This document shows, in pieces, positions 47,516 through 57,794 of a DNA stretch of 64,000 bases. The notes under the pieces were generated by a model. The model made no database searches. It was not told the DNA's origin and saw only the letters and a list, made by a program, of their open reading frames with translations. The position numbers were made by a program, and so were the translations under genes. The stretch is from Bacillota bacterium (GTDB taxonomy: Bacteria; Bacillota; Dehalobacteriia; UBA4068), in the NCBI GenBank assembly GCA_024679955.1, contig JAILCQ010000001.1, positions 8,904 through 72,903 of the forward strand, in the 5' to 3' direction. How positions within the stretch are numbered: position 1 is the stretch's first letter; each line of letters begins with the position of its first letter.

Positions 47516-48195
47516 AAAACGTACAGGGCAAGCAGCTTCAACAACGGCAAATGCAGGCAAAAAAAGCCGTAAAACCACCATTTGCTTCCCCGGCCGCGGC
47601 TGCCGTTATACAGAAACAGCAAAGGCAAAGCCAATAAAGCCAGCCCCTGGTTGACAGATTCCGCTTCCGCGGTCAGGAAAAAGGGCAAATGTAGGCATAG
47701 CCAGGCCAGACACAGCTTGTCGAAGGAAGCGGCAAAATACCAGCCGCTGAAAATCAGCGCTATGCCGTAAAAACCGTATTGAAAAGAGGCCGCTTCGCCC
47801 AGCAGGGCCAGGCCTGCCACGGCCGCCCAGGCCAAAGCCAATTTGTTCTTGCTTAGACATTTTTCGTAGAGGGCGATGGCCAAAAGGCCCAGGCACAGTT
47901 CGCCGAATATATTGAAATCCCGGCTGGAAGCGCATATTTGATACGGGTATTGATACAGTATGGCGAATAGGGCCAAACGCAAAGCATAGGCAAAGCGATC
48001 GTGGGTGTGCATATAGCCCTGGCCGATCATGTAAGCGAAAATGGGGAAAGCCAATCTGCCGATATGCCGCAGTGCCGTGATTTGCGGACAGATCAGCATC
48101 CCCCAATGGTCGATGAACATGAACAGGCAGGCCAACGCTTTTAAGCCGTTGGCGCTCAGCCCTTTGTTACGTATGCTGGCAATCGGATCTTTCAT
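47512..48195 (-). CDS. TraX-family membrane protein
   Basis: Multi-TM protein. N-terminal LKALACLFMFIDHWG is the TraX family signature. Confidence 0.7.
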   Translation of the reverse strand: MKDPIASIRNKGLSANGLKALACLFMFIDHWGMLICPQITALRHIGRLAFPIFAYMIGQGYMHTHDRFAYALRLALFAILYQYPYQICASSRDFNIFGELCLGLLAIALYEKCLSKNKLALAWAAVAGLALLGEAASFQYGFYGIALIFSGWYFAASFDKLCLAWLCLHLPFFLTAEAESVNQGLALLALPLLFLYNGSRGRGSKWWFYGFFCLHLPLLKLLALYVF

Positions 48196-48254
48196 AGGGC
48201 TATTATATCGAAATTATCGTTTTTTTACAACGGACGAATGGATCGGGAATATAC

Positions 48255-49193
48255 ATGCGCAGCAAGCATTTCTATTTTGCCCTGGTCGGCGTTGTGATCG
48301 TCGCCTGGGGTTCGGTATATCCGGCAACGCGGTATTTGACATTGGACGGGGTGTCGCCCTATTTTATCAGCGTGATGCGGGTTTTGATCACTTTTGTGGC
48401 GGCCACGGTGATGGTCCCGCTAAGCGGGCAAAAATGGAACGCCCCGGCTTTCAAAAAGCATTTTTGGCCTTTTGTGGCCATGGGGTTTACCGGCGCCTTC
48501 GGCTTTTTTATTCTGATGAACGTAGGCGTGCAATATACGCAGGCCGGCGAATCCGCTCTGATCGTTGGTTTGAACCCGCTGCTGATCGTTATCTTTTCCT
48601 CCCTGTTGCTGGGAGAGCCTTTTGGTTGGCGCAAGGCTTTGGGCGTGGTTTTGGCCTTTTTCGGCATCGTCCTGGCGGTGGTGGGCGGCGGCGTTTTCGC
48701 CCACACCGGTTTTTCCTGGGGCTGGCCGGAGTGTATATTGCTTTTGGCCGCCGTTTGTTGGGCTTCCTATACCTTGCTCAGCCGGCGTTACGGGCATTGC
48801 CTTTCCTATCTGCAGGGTTTTTTCTGGATATTTGCCAGCGCCTTTGTGATGAGCCTGCCCATGCTGATCTACTATCTGCCGGATATTTCCTCGCTGACGC
48901 TCACGCAATGGCTGTGGCTGCTGTATTTGGGCTTGGGTCCCGGCGGCGTTTGTTTTTTGCTGTGGGCCAAGGGCGTTAATGTTTTGGGCGCTTCCGTATG
49001 CGGCATGATCAACAGCTTTATGCCGATTTGCTCGATACTGATTTCCGGCTTGTGGCTGGGAGAACCGTTGACCTGGATGCAGATCACCGGCGCGCTTTTG
49101 GTGGCGGCCGGGGTTTGGCAGGGGGTCAGCAAAACCGCATTGCCCGTCAACTATGAAACGGGACGGAGCCTGGAAGCCGCCGATGAAGGATAG
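48255..49193 (+). CDS. DMT-superfamily (EamA) transporter
   Basis: 10-TM protein with two EamA repeats. Confidence 0.85.
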   Translation: MRSKHFYFALVGVVIVAWGSVYPATRYLTLDGVSPYFISVMRVLITFVAATVMVPLSGQKWNAPAFKKHFWPFVAMGFTGAFGFFILMNVGVQYTQAGESALIVGLNPLLIVIFSSLLLGEPFGWRKALGVVLAFFGIVLAVVGGGVFAHTGFSWGWPECILLLAAVCWASYTLLSRRYGHCLSYLQGFFWIFASAFVMSLPMLIYYLPDISSLTLTQWLWLLYLGLGPGGVCFLLWAKGVNVLGASVCGMINSFMPICSILISGLWLGEPLTWMQITGALLVAAGVWQGVSKTALPVNYETGRSLEAADEG

Positions 49194-49226
49194 CTTGATG
49201 AAGGATAGCTTGATGAAGGATGGTTT
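49182..49226 (+). repeat. 15-nt tandem repeat (GATGAAGGATAGCTT x2 plus a diverged third copy) spanning the DMT stop and the HAD start
   Basis: gatgaaggatagcttgatgaaggatagcttgatgaaggatggttt. Each unit carries AAGGA plus an ATG. Confidence 0.85.
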
Positions 49227-49872
49227 ACTGATTTTTGATATGGACAATACCTTGCTGCATTCGCATATCGATTTTGCGCGCATGAAGCAAGACGTGGGTT
49301 TGCTGCTGCAGGAAGAACACCTGTCTTTGATCGGAGGCCGTTCCGTTTCCGATAATTTGTCGTCCTTGTTTGAATCCGGGGCGCTCAGCGCCGGTTTAAA
49401 CGAAAGGATTTGGCAAAGGATCAGCGAGATCGAAGAGGAAGGCCTGGCCCGTGCCGTATTGGAACCGGGCATAGAACAGGTTTTGCCCCGGCTGGCGGAG
49501 CGTTTTTATCTGGCAGTGCTGTCCAATAATATGGACGCCGCCGTGCATCAATGTCTCACGGATCTGCAGGTGGCCCCCTATTTTTCCCTGATTTGCGGCA
49601 GGGAAAAAGCGCCCGTCCTCAAGCCCCGGCCGGAAGGGGTGCGATATGTGGTTTCCCGCTTTCCGCAAGCGCCGCCGCAGCGGGCATGGATGATCGGCGA
49701 CGCCTTGATCGACGCTCTGGCGGCTTTCCGGGCGGGTATCGGGTTTATCGCATACAATCGCAGCCGCTATGAAAATTGGTGGCGTTTGAACCGGCAGCCG
49801 CAATTGTTTTTATACGCTTGGGATGAAAAAGCCATAGGAGAGATTCTCAGAGTAACGGCGAAAGGCGAATGA
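49213..49872 (+). CDS. HAD-family hydrolase
   Basis: Motif I LIFDMDNTLL, motif II/III residues. The start is ambiguous among three in-frame ATGs created by the repeat; the last has the best context. Confidence 0.75.
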   Translation: MKDGLLIFDMDNTLLHSHIDFARMKQDVGLLLQEEHLSLIGGRSVSDNLSSLFESGALSAGLNERIWQRISEIEEEGLARAVLEPGIEQVLPRLAERFYLAVLSNNMDAAVHQCLTDLQVAPYFSLICGREKAPVLKPRPEGVRYVVSRFPQAPPQRAWMIGDALIDALAAFRAGIGFIAYNRSRYENWWRLNRQPQLFLYAWDEKAIGEILRVTAKGE

Positions 49873-49875
49873 AAT

Positions 49876-50754
49876 ATGGCGGCGAAATACCGAATCAAAA
49901 AGCATGACGACGCGGCCCTGGCGGAAATGGAAAAACAGTTTGAAGAAGACGCCTATTGGCAGCATATCCCTGAGGAAGCGGCGGCGGATCTGGATATGGA
50001 GGATTTGGCGGCGGCCAACGCCAGCCATGGAGAGGAAGAAACGCCGCTTTCCGCCGGCGACGCCCCAGGCAGGCGCAAACGGCGCATATGGCGGGCTGCG
50101 GCGGCTGCGGTCCTTCTTTTGGCCTTTGCCGTATGGCTTTGGGGCGATATGTTTCTGGGAAAAGGAAACATCGGTTTTCTGGCGGATTCGGCCAAATTAG
50201 CCCAGGATGAATCCCTCCGCGATTTGCGGAGCGCTGTGGTTTCCATCCGGGGCACCAACAGCAGCGGCACCGGTTTCAATATCCGGCAGGACGGCCTGAT
50301 CGTCACCAACCGCCATGTGGTGGAAGACAGTCTCAGCTTGATCATCACCTTCGGCGACGGACAAGCCACCACCTTTGTCACCAGTCAATGGTTGGAGATC
50401 CCCAATGTGGATTTGGCGCTGATCGATATTGACGGTACGGATCTGCCCTATGTGGAATTGAGCCGGGAGGACGCCGCGGCCGGCGAATCCGTGATTTTTA
50501 TCGGCAATCCCCTGGGCTTCGACTGGACCATATCCCAGGCCACGGTGGAAGGCCTTTACCGGCTGGATGGGGAAACGTCGGCCGTGGTATTGGACGGGCC
50601 CATACGCCCCGGTTCCAGCGGCAGCCCGGTTTTTAACGACCGGACCCAGGTGATCGCGGTCATATTTGCTTCTTTTGCCGATGTGGAAGATAAAGGATTG
50701 GCTTTGCCGGTTTCCTATATAAATACTTTTTTGGAGGAAAATTTCCATGAGTGA
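49876..50754 (+). CDS. Membrane-anchored trypsin-like serine protease (S1 family)
   Basis: TM segment, then TNRHVV, DLALIDI, GSSGSPV catalytic-triad motifs. Confidence 0.75.
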   Translation: MAAKYRIKKHDDAALAEMEKQFEEDAYWQHIPEEAAADLDMEDLAAANASHGEEETPLSAGDAPGRRKRRIWRAAAAAVLLLAFAVWLWGDMFLGKGNIGFLADSAKLAQDESLRDLRSAVVSIRGTNSSGTGFNIRQDGLIVTNRHVVEDSLSLIITFGDGQATTFVTSQWLEIPNVDLALIDIDGTDLPYVELSREDAAAGESVIFIGNPLGFDWTISQATVEGLYRLDGETSAVVLDGPIRPGSSGSPVFNDRTQVIAVIFASFADVEDKGLALPVSYINTFLEENFHE

Positions 50755-52015
50755 GAAAAAATTACCTGTTTCCGGGGAAAAGATAGCGGCTATAGCGGAA
50801 CGTTTCGGCACCCCCTTTCACCTGTACGACGAAAAGGCCATCCGTGCCAATGTCAGAGAGTTTTTGCAGGCTTTTGCCTGGGCGCCGGCTTTCAAAGAGT
50901 ATTTTGCGGTGAAAGCCTTGCCCAATCCCTATATTCTGCAGATTTTGGCAGAAGAAGGCGTAGGCGCGGATTGCAGTTCTATGGCGGAGCTGTATTTGTC
51001 GGAAGCGGTGGGCCTGAAAAATGAGGATATTTGTTTTACCTCCAACGACACGCCCATGCAGGAATATGAAAAAGCCAAAGCTTTGGGGGCAATCATCAAT
51101 TTTGACGATATTTCCCATATCGACGGTGTGGATCAGGCTTTAGGTCTTCCTTCTTTCGTTTCCATGCGCTACAATCCCGGTCCCTTGCGCCAGGGCGGCA
51201 ATACCATCATCGGCTATCCCGAAGAGGCAAAATACGGCATGACCGACGCCCAAATCCTGCAAGCCGTCGCCGATTGCCAAAAGCGGGGCGTCAGCCGTTT
51301 CGGTTTGCATACCATGATCGTTTCCAATGAATTGAATATCGACTATTTGATCGAGACGGCGGAGATGATGTTCCAGCTGGCGGCCCGGGTGAAAGAGGCT
51401 TTGGGCGTAAGCGTGGAAGTGATCAATTTAGGCGGCGGCATCGGCATCCCCTATCAGCCGGAGCAGCAGCGGGTGGATCTGCCCCGCTTGGGCCGGGAAA
51501 TCGAGCAGGCTTACCGGCGCATACTGGTTCCCGCCGGTTTGGGGCAGGTGAAGCTGGCCATGGAAAGCGGACGGATGATCACCGGCCCTTACGGCTATCT
51601 GGTGGCCAAAGCCATTCACTATAAGGATACCTATAAGCAGTATATCGGTTTGGACGCCTGCATGGCCGATTTGATGCGGCCGGCGCTGTACGGCGCCTAT
51701 CATCATATTACGGTGGTGGGCAAGGAAGACCGGCCCTGCGACCATGTCTATGACGTTACCGGTTCCCTGTGCGAAAACAACGACAAATTTGCCATCAACC
51801 GCAGCCTGCCCAAAATCGATATGGGGGATCTGCTGGTGATCCATGATACCGGGGCCCACGGCCATGCCATGGGGTTCAATTATAACGGCAAACTCCGTTC
51901 CCAGGAATTGCTTTTGACGGAAAGCGGCCAGGTGAAACAGATCCGCCGCGCCGAGACTTTGGCGGATTATTTTGCCACCCTGGATTATCCGGGGCTGCCC
52001 CAGCGCGGCCAATAG
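50747..52015 (+). CDS. PLP-dependent decarboxylase of the Orn/DAP/Arg family (LysA-like, group IV)
   Basis: N-terminal FGTPFHLYD, PLP Lys region FAVKAL, C-terminal beta-sandwich, 422 aa. Confidence 0.75.
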   Translation: MSEKKLPVSGEKIAAIAERFGTPFHLYDEKAIRANVREFLQAFAWAPAFKEYFAVKALPNPYILQILAEEGVGADCSSMAELYLSEAVGLKNEDICFTSNDTPMQEYEKAKALGAIINFDDISHIDGVDQALGLPSFVSMRYNPGPLRQGGNTIIGYPEEAKYGMTDAQILQAVADCQKRGVSRFGLHTMIVSNELNIDYLIETAEMMFQLAARVKEALGVSVEVINLGGGIGIPYQPEQQRVDLPRLGREIEQAYRRILVPAGLGQVKLAMESGRMITGPYGYLVAKAIHYKDTYKQYIGLDACMADLMRPALYGAYHHITVVGKEDRPCDHVYDVTGSLCENNDKFAINRSLPKIDMGDLLVIHDTGAHGHAMGFNYNGKLRSQELLLTESGQVKQIRRAETLADYFATLDYPGLPQRGQ

Positions 52016-52080
52016 CCAAGCCGTCCGGGCGGCGGCCGGTCAAGCCCGGTAGATAGAGCGACCCTTTGCAAACAGGAAAA

Positions 52081-52119
52081 AGCCGCATCGTATGTCTTTC
52101 AGCGAAGCGGCTTTTTTTA
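52081..52119 (+). terminator. Terminator-like hairpin with a T7 tract
   Basis: AGCCGC...GCGGCT stem followed by TTTTTTT. Confidence 0.55.
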
Positions 52120-52195
52120 TTGCCGGAATGGCGGGCGGATAAAGGTAAACGGGCAAATTTGGCGAAGTTTAAAAGGTAACGCTGGGGGGAGAAAA

Positions 52196-52819
52196 ATGGA
52201 AAAAGGCGTCTTTATCACTTTTGAAGGCATAGACGGTTGCGGCAAAACGACGATGCAGGGCTTATGCGGCCAATTGCTGGAAAGCCGGGGCAAGCGCGTA
52301 TTGCTGACCAAAGAACCGGGGGACAGCGATTTCGGCCGTTCCTTCCGGCAAATGCTGCTGCATACCCAAATGGGGGAGATGAATGACGCCACCGAGGTTT
52401 TGCTCTATGCCGCGGACCGGGCCAGACATGTGGACAAAGTGATACGTCCCGCCTTGGCCCAGGGGATGGTAGTGCTTTGCGACCGGTATCTGGATTCCAC
52501 CATCGCCTATCAGGGCGGCGGCCGGGGTGTGGAAATGGATCTGCTGTGGCGGATCAACGATTTCGCCACCGGCGGCCTGTCTCCGGATCTGACGTTTTAC
52601 CTGCGTTTGGATGTGGAGCAAATGGCGTCCCGGCTCAGCGCAGGCAAAGACCGCCTGGAAAAAGAAGCGCCCCGGTTTTTTGCCCGGGTGGCCCGGGCCT
52701 ATGAGGATTTGGCGGCCCGGTTCCCCCATAGATTTGTCACCGTTGACGCCAATCGCCCGCCGGAGGAAGTTTTTTCTCAAATCGAACGAAAAATAACGGA
52801 GTTTTTTTCATGGAGTTGA
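52196..52819 (+). CDS. tmk: Thymidylate kinase
   Basis: P-loop FEGIDGCGKTT, DRY motif, LID region. Confidence 0.93.
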   Translation: MEKGVFITFEGIDGCGKTTMQGLCGQLLESRGKRVLLTKEPGDSDFGRSFRQMLLHTQMGEMNDATEVLLYAADRARHVDKVIRPALAQGMVVLCDRYLDSTIAYQGGGRGVEMDLLWRINDFATGGLSPDLTFYLRLDVEQMASRLSAGKDRLEKEAPRFFARVARAYEDLAARFPHRFVTVDANRPPEEVFSQIERKITEFFSWS

Positions 52820-53613
52820 CCACATTAAGCCGGCGTTTACAGGCGCTGACGGGTTCGCCGCAGCTTAGCCATGCCTATTTGTTTTGCGGTTCCGGCGCTT
52901 TGCAGCAGGCCCTGAATTTCAGCGCCGCCCTATTGTGCGGGCAGCCTGCGGAAGGTTCCGCCTGCGGCCATTGCTCCGCCTGCATCCATTTTCTGGCCGG
53001 CACCCATAGCGGCTTTCAGTGGATCACGGCGTCCGGTGGCGGCCATAAGATCGAAACCATACGTCATTTGCATAAATTGGCTTATCTGTCTACGCTGGAA
53101 TCCCCCATGAAGGTGTTTTTGCTGCAGGACGCGGAGCTTATGGGGGAACCCGCCGCCAACTGCCTGCTGAAAATCCTGGAGGAACCGCCGGAAAATTGCG
53201 TATTTATCTTGACCGCCAACCATTTGGATAGCCTGCTGCCCACCATCGTTTCCCGCTGCCAACGCTTTTCCTTCGCTTCCGATGAGGAAACGGAAACGGC
53301 GGCGGTGGATATGCAGGCGGCGGCCTGCTTTTTGCGGGAGCTGCCGTCTATGCCCATATCCCAGGTGCTGCTGATCGCCAAGGAACGGGAAAAAGACGCG
53401 GCAGCCCAGGAAGGGTTTTTTGCCGCCTTGCTGCGGGTTTTGCATCAGGCCGCCGTGGGAAAAACGGAATTGCCTATGGGCCGGAAAAAGGCCCTGGATT
53501 CGGCGATCATGATGGAAAACGCTATCGACTATTTGCGCAAAAGGGTGCGGCAACAGCTTTTGACGGATGTGATTTTGTTGCGATTGTGGCAAAATAGCCG
53601 CAGCGAAGGTTGA
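52810..53613 (+). CDS. holB: DNA polymerase III delta-prime subunit
   Basis: HAYLFCG, the zinc module C..C..C, and SRC motif (TIVSRCQRF). Confidence 0.85.
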   Translation: MELTTLSRRLQALTGSPQLSHAYLFCGSGALQQALNFSAALLCGQPAEGSACGHCSACIHFLAGTHSGFQWITASGGGHKIETIRHLHKLAYLSTLESPMKVFLLQDAELMGEPAANCLLKILEEPPENCVFILTANHLDSLLPTIVSRCQRFSFASDEETETAAVDMQAAACFLRELPSMPISQVLLIAKEREKDAAAQEGFFAALLRVLHQAAVGKTELPMGRKKALDSAIMMENAIDYLRKRVRQQLLTDVILLRLWQNSRSEG

Positions 53614-53764
53614 TATCGGCATCTTTTCCATCTATAATAATACTATAAATCGATAAACAGAACCGGCATACCGGCGGAGGCAGATCGCCGCAGAGGCGGC
53701 GCATCCAATCGGAACCGCCGCCGGCCGTCACCGATTGACAATAGAAATGGCAGGGGGTATTATG

Positions 53765-54475
53765 GTTAAAATAGTCGGCGTTCGCTTTAAAAAGAACGGT
53801 AAGATCTATTATTTTGATCCGGATATTGTGGATATACAGCTGCGTGATCATGTGATCGTGGAAACGGCCCGGGGCGTGGAATATGGCGAAGTGGTGCTGG
53901 GCACCAAAGAAGTCTCGGAAAAAGAAGTGGCCAATCCGCTGAAAAAAGTGCTGCGCCGGGCCACAGAAGCGGACAATCAAAAACACGAGGAAAACAAACA
54001 GGCGGAAAAAGAAGCTTTTAAAATATGCGTTAAGAAAATCGAACAGCACAAGCTGCCGATCAAGCTGATCGAAGTATCGTATACCTTTGACGTCAGCAAA
54101 ATCATTTTTTATTTTATCGCCGAAGGCCGGGTGGATTTCCGGGAACTGGTCAAGGATCTGGCCTCGGTTTTCCGCACCAGGATCGAATTGCGGCAGATCG
54201 GCGTTCGCGACGAAGCCAAAGCCATCGGCGGCATCGGCACTTGCGGCCGGGTTTTGTGCTGCCACAGCGTGCTGGGAGATTTTCAGCCGGTATCGATCAA
54301 AATGGCGAAAAAACAGAACCTTTCTTTGAACCCCAGCAAAATATCGGGGGTATGCGGCAGATTGATGTGCTGCCTGAAATTTGAAAACTACGACGATTTG
54401 CCTTGCCAAAACAAACGGGTGGTATATGATATACCCCCGGAGGATGACGAAGTATTGATCGACGATGAGGAGTAA
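53765..54475 (+). CDS. ricT: PSP1-domain protein RicT/YaaT
   Basis: PSP1 domain with conserved CGRLMCC cysteines. Sits between holB and yabA as in Bacillus. Confidence 0.85.
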   Translation, partial: VKIVGVRFKKNGKIYYFDPDIVDIQLRDHVIVETARGVEYGEVVLGTKEVSEKEVANPLKKVLRRATEADNQKHEENKQAEKEAFKICVKKIEQHKLPIKLIEVSYTFDVSKIIFYFIAEGRVDFRELVKDLASVFRTRIELRQIGVRDEAKAIGGIGTCGRVLCCHSVLGDFQPVSIKMAKKQNLSLNPSKISGVCGRLMCCLKFENYDDLPCQNKRVVYDIPPEDDEVLIDDEE

Positions 54476-54478
54476 AGC

Positions 54479-54757
54479 ATGACGCTGAAGGATGATTTGG
54501 AACAATGGCGAAAAAAGCTGAATGCGGTTTTGGACGAAGGAGACGCTTTGCACGAACGCGTGGCGGATCTGGAAAAGGAAAATGCTTTATTGCAGGAGCG
54601 TTTGATGAATGGGGACAAAACCGACGGTTTTGAAGCCGTGACCAAGATTTATGACGAAGGCTATCATATCTGTCCGGCCAATTTCGGCAGGACGAGGGAT
54701 GAGGAATGTTTGTTTTGCTTGAATTTTTTACTGCATAAAGGGAAAAAAGATGTTTGA
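54479..54757 (+). CDS. yabA: Replication initiation-control protein YabA
   Basis: Coiled-coil N-terminus. C-terminal Zn motif HICPANFGRTRDEECLFCLNFL. Confidence 0.85.
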   Translation: MTLKDDLEQWRKKLNAVLDEGDALHERVADLEKENALLQERLMNGDKTDGFEAVTKIYDEGYHICPANFGRTRDEECLFCLNFLLHKGKKDV

Positions 54758-55484
54758 TCCGGCTGGGGAACGTATGGATGAGTTGTGTCGGGGGGGACTG
54801 AGAATCATTCAAAATTCTACAGCCCCCCGTTTTAGTTTGGACGCCGTTTTGCTGGCGGATTTTACGCCGGTGAAGGCCGGCGACTCCATCGTGGATTTGG
54901 GCTGCGGCACCGGTATCCTTCCCTTGCTGTTATACGCCAAAAACCCCGATTGCCGCATACAGGGCATAGAGCTGATGCCGGAAATGGCGGATATGGCCCG
55001 GCGCAGCGTGGCCATGAACCGGCTGGAGCAAAGCATACGCATTGATCATGGCGACGTGCGGCAGATCGAAAAGACCGTGACCAAAGCCGCGGCGGATACG
55101 GCGGTCTGCAATCCGCCCTATTATCAACCCGGCAAAGGAAAGGTCAGCGCCGACGCTTTGACGGCCGCCGCCCGCACGGAGATTCATGGGGTTCTGTCGG
55201 ATTTTGTGGCCGCCGCCGCCTTTGCCCTGAAGCCTTTGGGCTGCTTCTATATGATACATCGCAGCGTTCGTTTTACCGAGACGGTGGTCGCTTTGGAAAG
55301 CAACGGTTTGCGGCCCTTCCTGTGGCGGCAGGTGCAGCCCTTTGCCGGCGCGGAAGCCAATTTGTTTTTGATCGCCGCCGTCAAAGGCGGCGTCCGGGAG
55401 ATGCGGCTGTTGCCGCCGCTTACGGTATATGAATCGGCAGGGGTATATACGCGGGAAATGCGCGAGATCTATAAAGGCAGGTAA
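54750..55484 (+). CDS. Class I SAM-dependent methyltransferase (YabB/tRNA m6A37 MTase-like)
   Basis: SAM motif DLGCGTG, NPPY motif. Confidence 0.8.
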   Translation: MFDPAGERMDELCRGGLRIIQNSTAPRFSLDAVLLADFTPVKAGDSIVDLGCGTGILPLLLYAKNPDCRIQGIELMPEMADMARRSVAMNRLEQSIRIDHGDVRQIEKTVTKAAADTAVCNPPYYQPGKGKVSADALTAAARTEIHGVLSDFVAAAAFALKPLGCFYMIHRSVRFTETVVALESNGLRPFLWRQVQPFAGAEANLFLIAAVKGGVREMRLLPPLTVYESAGVYTREMREIYKGR

Positions 55485-55487
55485 ACT

Positions 55488-56315
55488 ATGGCAGGGATTC
55501 TGTATTTGGTGGCCACGCCCATTGGCAATCTGGAGGATATCAGCGCCAGGGCTTTGCGCATATTGAGCGAAGTGGATTGCGTCGCCGCGGAAGATACCCG
55601 GGTCAGCGGTGGTTTGCTGCATCATTTCGGCATCAAAAAACCGCTGGTCAGCTATTATGAACAGAATAAGCATATCCGGGGCCCGGCCTTATTGGAACGG
55701 CTGCTGCAAGGGGAGAGCATCGCTTTGATCAGCGACGCCGGCACGCCGGCCATCAGCGATCCGGGAGCGGATTTGACCCGGGCCGCCATCGACGCCGGCA
55801 TACAGGTCACGCCCATCCCCGGCCCCTGCGCCTTCGTTTCCGCTTTGATCGCCAGCGGCCTGTCTACGGAAAGGTTTGTATTCGAAGGGTTTTTGCCCCG
55901 CCATCACGGGGAAAGAAAGCGGCGTTTGCAAAGCCTGGCCGGGGAGGAAAGGACGCTGATCTTTTATGAAGCGCCCCACCGTTTGCCGGAGACCTTGGCG
56001 GATATGGCGGAAGTTTTGGGCCCGCAGAGAAAAGCGGTCCTGGCCAGGGAATTGACCAAGCTGCATGAGGAGTATCTTCGTCTTACCCTGGCTGAAGCGG
56101 CGGAGCTGTACCGGCAGCAGCAGCCTCGGGGCGAATATGTGCTGATCGTCGCCGGCGGCGAAAGCCGGCGGTCACCGCCGCCGGATCTGCAAGCCCTGCA
56201 AGACCGGTTGGAAAAATTGCTGGAGCAGGGGATGAGCCGCAAGCAGGCGGCGAAAACGCTGGCTGGGCAGTATGGCCTGCCGGTAAAAAGCGTATACGAG
56301 TTGGGCTTGAAATAA
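55488..56315 (+). CDS. rsmI: 16S rRNA (cytidine1402-2'-O)-methyltransferase
   Basis: Tetrapyrrole-methylase fold, LYLVATPIGNLEDIS. Confidence 0.92.
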   Translation: MAGILYLVATPIGNLEDISARALRILSEVDCVAAEDTRVSGGLLHHFGIKKPLVSYYEQNKHIRGPALLERLLQGESIALISDAGTPAISDPGADLTRAAIDAGIQVTPIPGPCAFVSALIASGLSTERFVFEGFLPRHHGERKRRLQSLAGEERTLIFYEAPHRLPETLADMAEVLGPQRKAVLARELTKLHEEYLRLTLAEAAELYRQQQPRGEYVLIVAGGESRRSPPPDLQALQDRLEKLLEQGMSRKQAAKTLAGQYGLPVKSVYELGLK

Positions 56316-56442
56316 CGGTTGCGTGCTGCGGCCGGGACGCTTTGGGCAAACCGCCGCAGTTGAAAGGATAAAGTGTTGCTGGGAAAGGTTGCAAAAAAGA
56401 ATCGTTGCAAGGACAAATCAAAGAATAGAGCGGAGAAAACAT

Positions 56443-57684
56443 ATGATATATGACGGATTTCCGGAAAGAAACGCTTGGCTTGAAATCGAAACGACGGATA
56501 TTGTCCATAACCTGCAGGAAATCAGACGCATATTGCGGCCCGGCGTGGAATTTATGCCGGTCATCAAATGCAACGGTTATGGCTTGGGGCAAAGGATGCT
56601 GGCAAAGGTGTGCGTGGAGAACGGCAGCCGCCGTTTGGTGACCGCCTTGCTCAGCGAAGCCATGGATTTGCGCGCCTCCGGCATTACCGTGCCGATTTTG
56701 GTGTTCGCCTATTTGCCGCCGGCTTTTGCGCCTACGGTGGTGAAGAACGATATCATCCAATCGGTGTATGATGAACAGGCGGCTATCGCTTTGTCCGAGG
56801 AAGCTGCCCGGCAGGGGAAGACGGCGGTCATCCATATCAAACTGGAAACCGGTTTGGGCCGGGTGGGTTTTGCCGCCAATCCGGAGAGCGTCAAAACCAT
56901 CGGCCGCATCATGGCATTGCCCAATTTGTTTGTGGAAGGTATTTATTCTCATTTCGCCACGGCGGACGGGCCGGATCTGGACTACGCTTACCGGCAGCTG
57001 ACGGTTTTTGACGATTTTCTGACGGCATTGCGCCGGGCCGGTTTGGAGATACCCTGTCCCCATATTGCCAATTCCGCGGCGGTGGTGATGATGCCGGAAA
57101 GCCATTACGGGCTGACCCGGGGGGCGGCTTTGCCTTGCGGCGCCTATCCTTCCGAATATGTCAGCCGGGATAAGATACATTTGCGTTTTGCCATGAGCTG
57201 GAAAGGCCGGGTGGGCTTTGTCAAACAGGTGCCCGCCGGCTATTCGGTGGGCTACGGCTGCACCTTTACCACCCAAAGACCGTCGGTTCTCGCCTCTTTG
57301 GGCGTGGGCTACGGCGACGGCTATTTGCGGGCTTTGTCCAATAAGGGCATGGTGCTGATCCATGGCCAACGGGCGCGGATCGCCGGCGCCGTTTGTATGG
57401 ATCAAATGGTGGTGGACGTAACGGATATACCCGGCGTCTGCCCCGGCGACGAAGTCGTTTTTTACGGCAGGCAGGGCGACGCCCAACTGCGGGTAGAGGA
57501 GTTGGCGGAGTTGGCCGGTACAGTGCACCATGAATTGTTCGCCCCGCTGCATACCAGGATCCCCCGTTTTTATTTGCAAAACGGCCGGGAAATGGAGCCG
57601 GGCAAACAGATCCCCGTGACCAGCTTTGGCCGGCCTTTTCCCCAGCCCCAGCAGGAAGGTTTGGCCGCCTATTACGGCTTTTGA
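56443..57684 (+). CDS. alr: Alanine racemase
   Basis: PLP lysine context VIKCNGYGLG, YSHFA motif. C-terminal ~35-aa extension. Confidence 0.9.
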   Translation: MIYDGFPERNAWLEIETTDIVHNLQEIRRILRPGVEFMPVIKCNGYGLGQRMLAKVCVENGSRRLVTALLSEAMDLRASGITVPILVFAYLPPAFAPTVVKNDIIQSVYDEQAAIALSEEAARQGKTAVIHIKLETGLGRVGFAANPESVKTIGRIMALPNLFVEGIYSHFATADGPDLDYAYRQLTVFDDFLTALRRAGLEIPCPHIANSAAVVMMPESHYGLTRGAALPCGAYPSEYVSRDKIHLRFAMSWKGRVGFVKQVPAGYSVGYGCTFTTQRPSVLASLGVGYGDGYLRALSNKGMVLIHGQRARIAGAVCMDQMVVDVTDIPGVCPGDEVVFYGRQGDAQLRVEELAELAGTVHHELFAPLHTRIPRFYLQNGREMEPGKQIPVTSFGRPFPQPQQEGLAAYYGF

Positions 57685-57794
57685 CCCGGGAGAACTGCGG
57701 CGTCTGCGGAGAAGCTTGTCTCTTTTTTATACTGGCATTTCTTTCCAATATAGTGTATAATATTATTTCAATAGCAAAGGGATAAGGAGACAAG

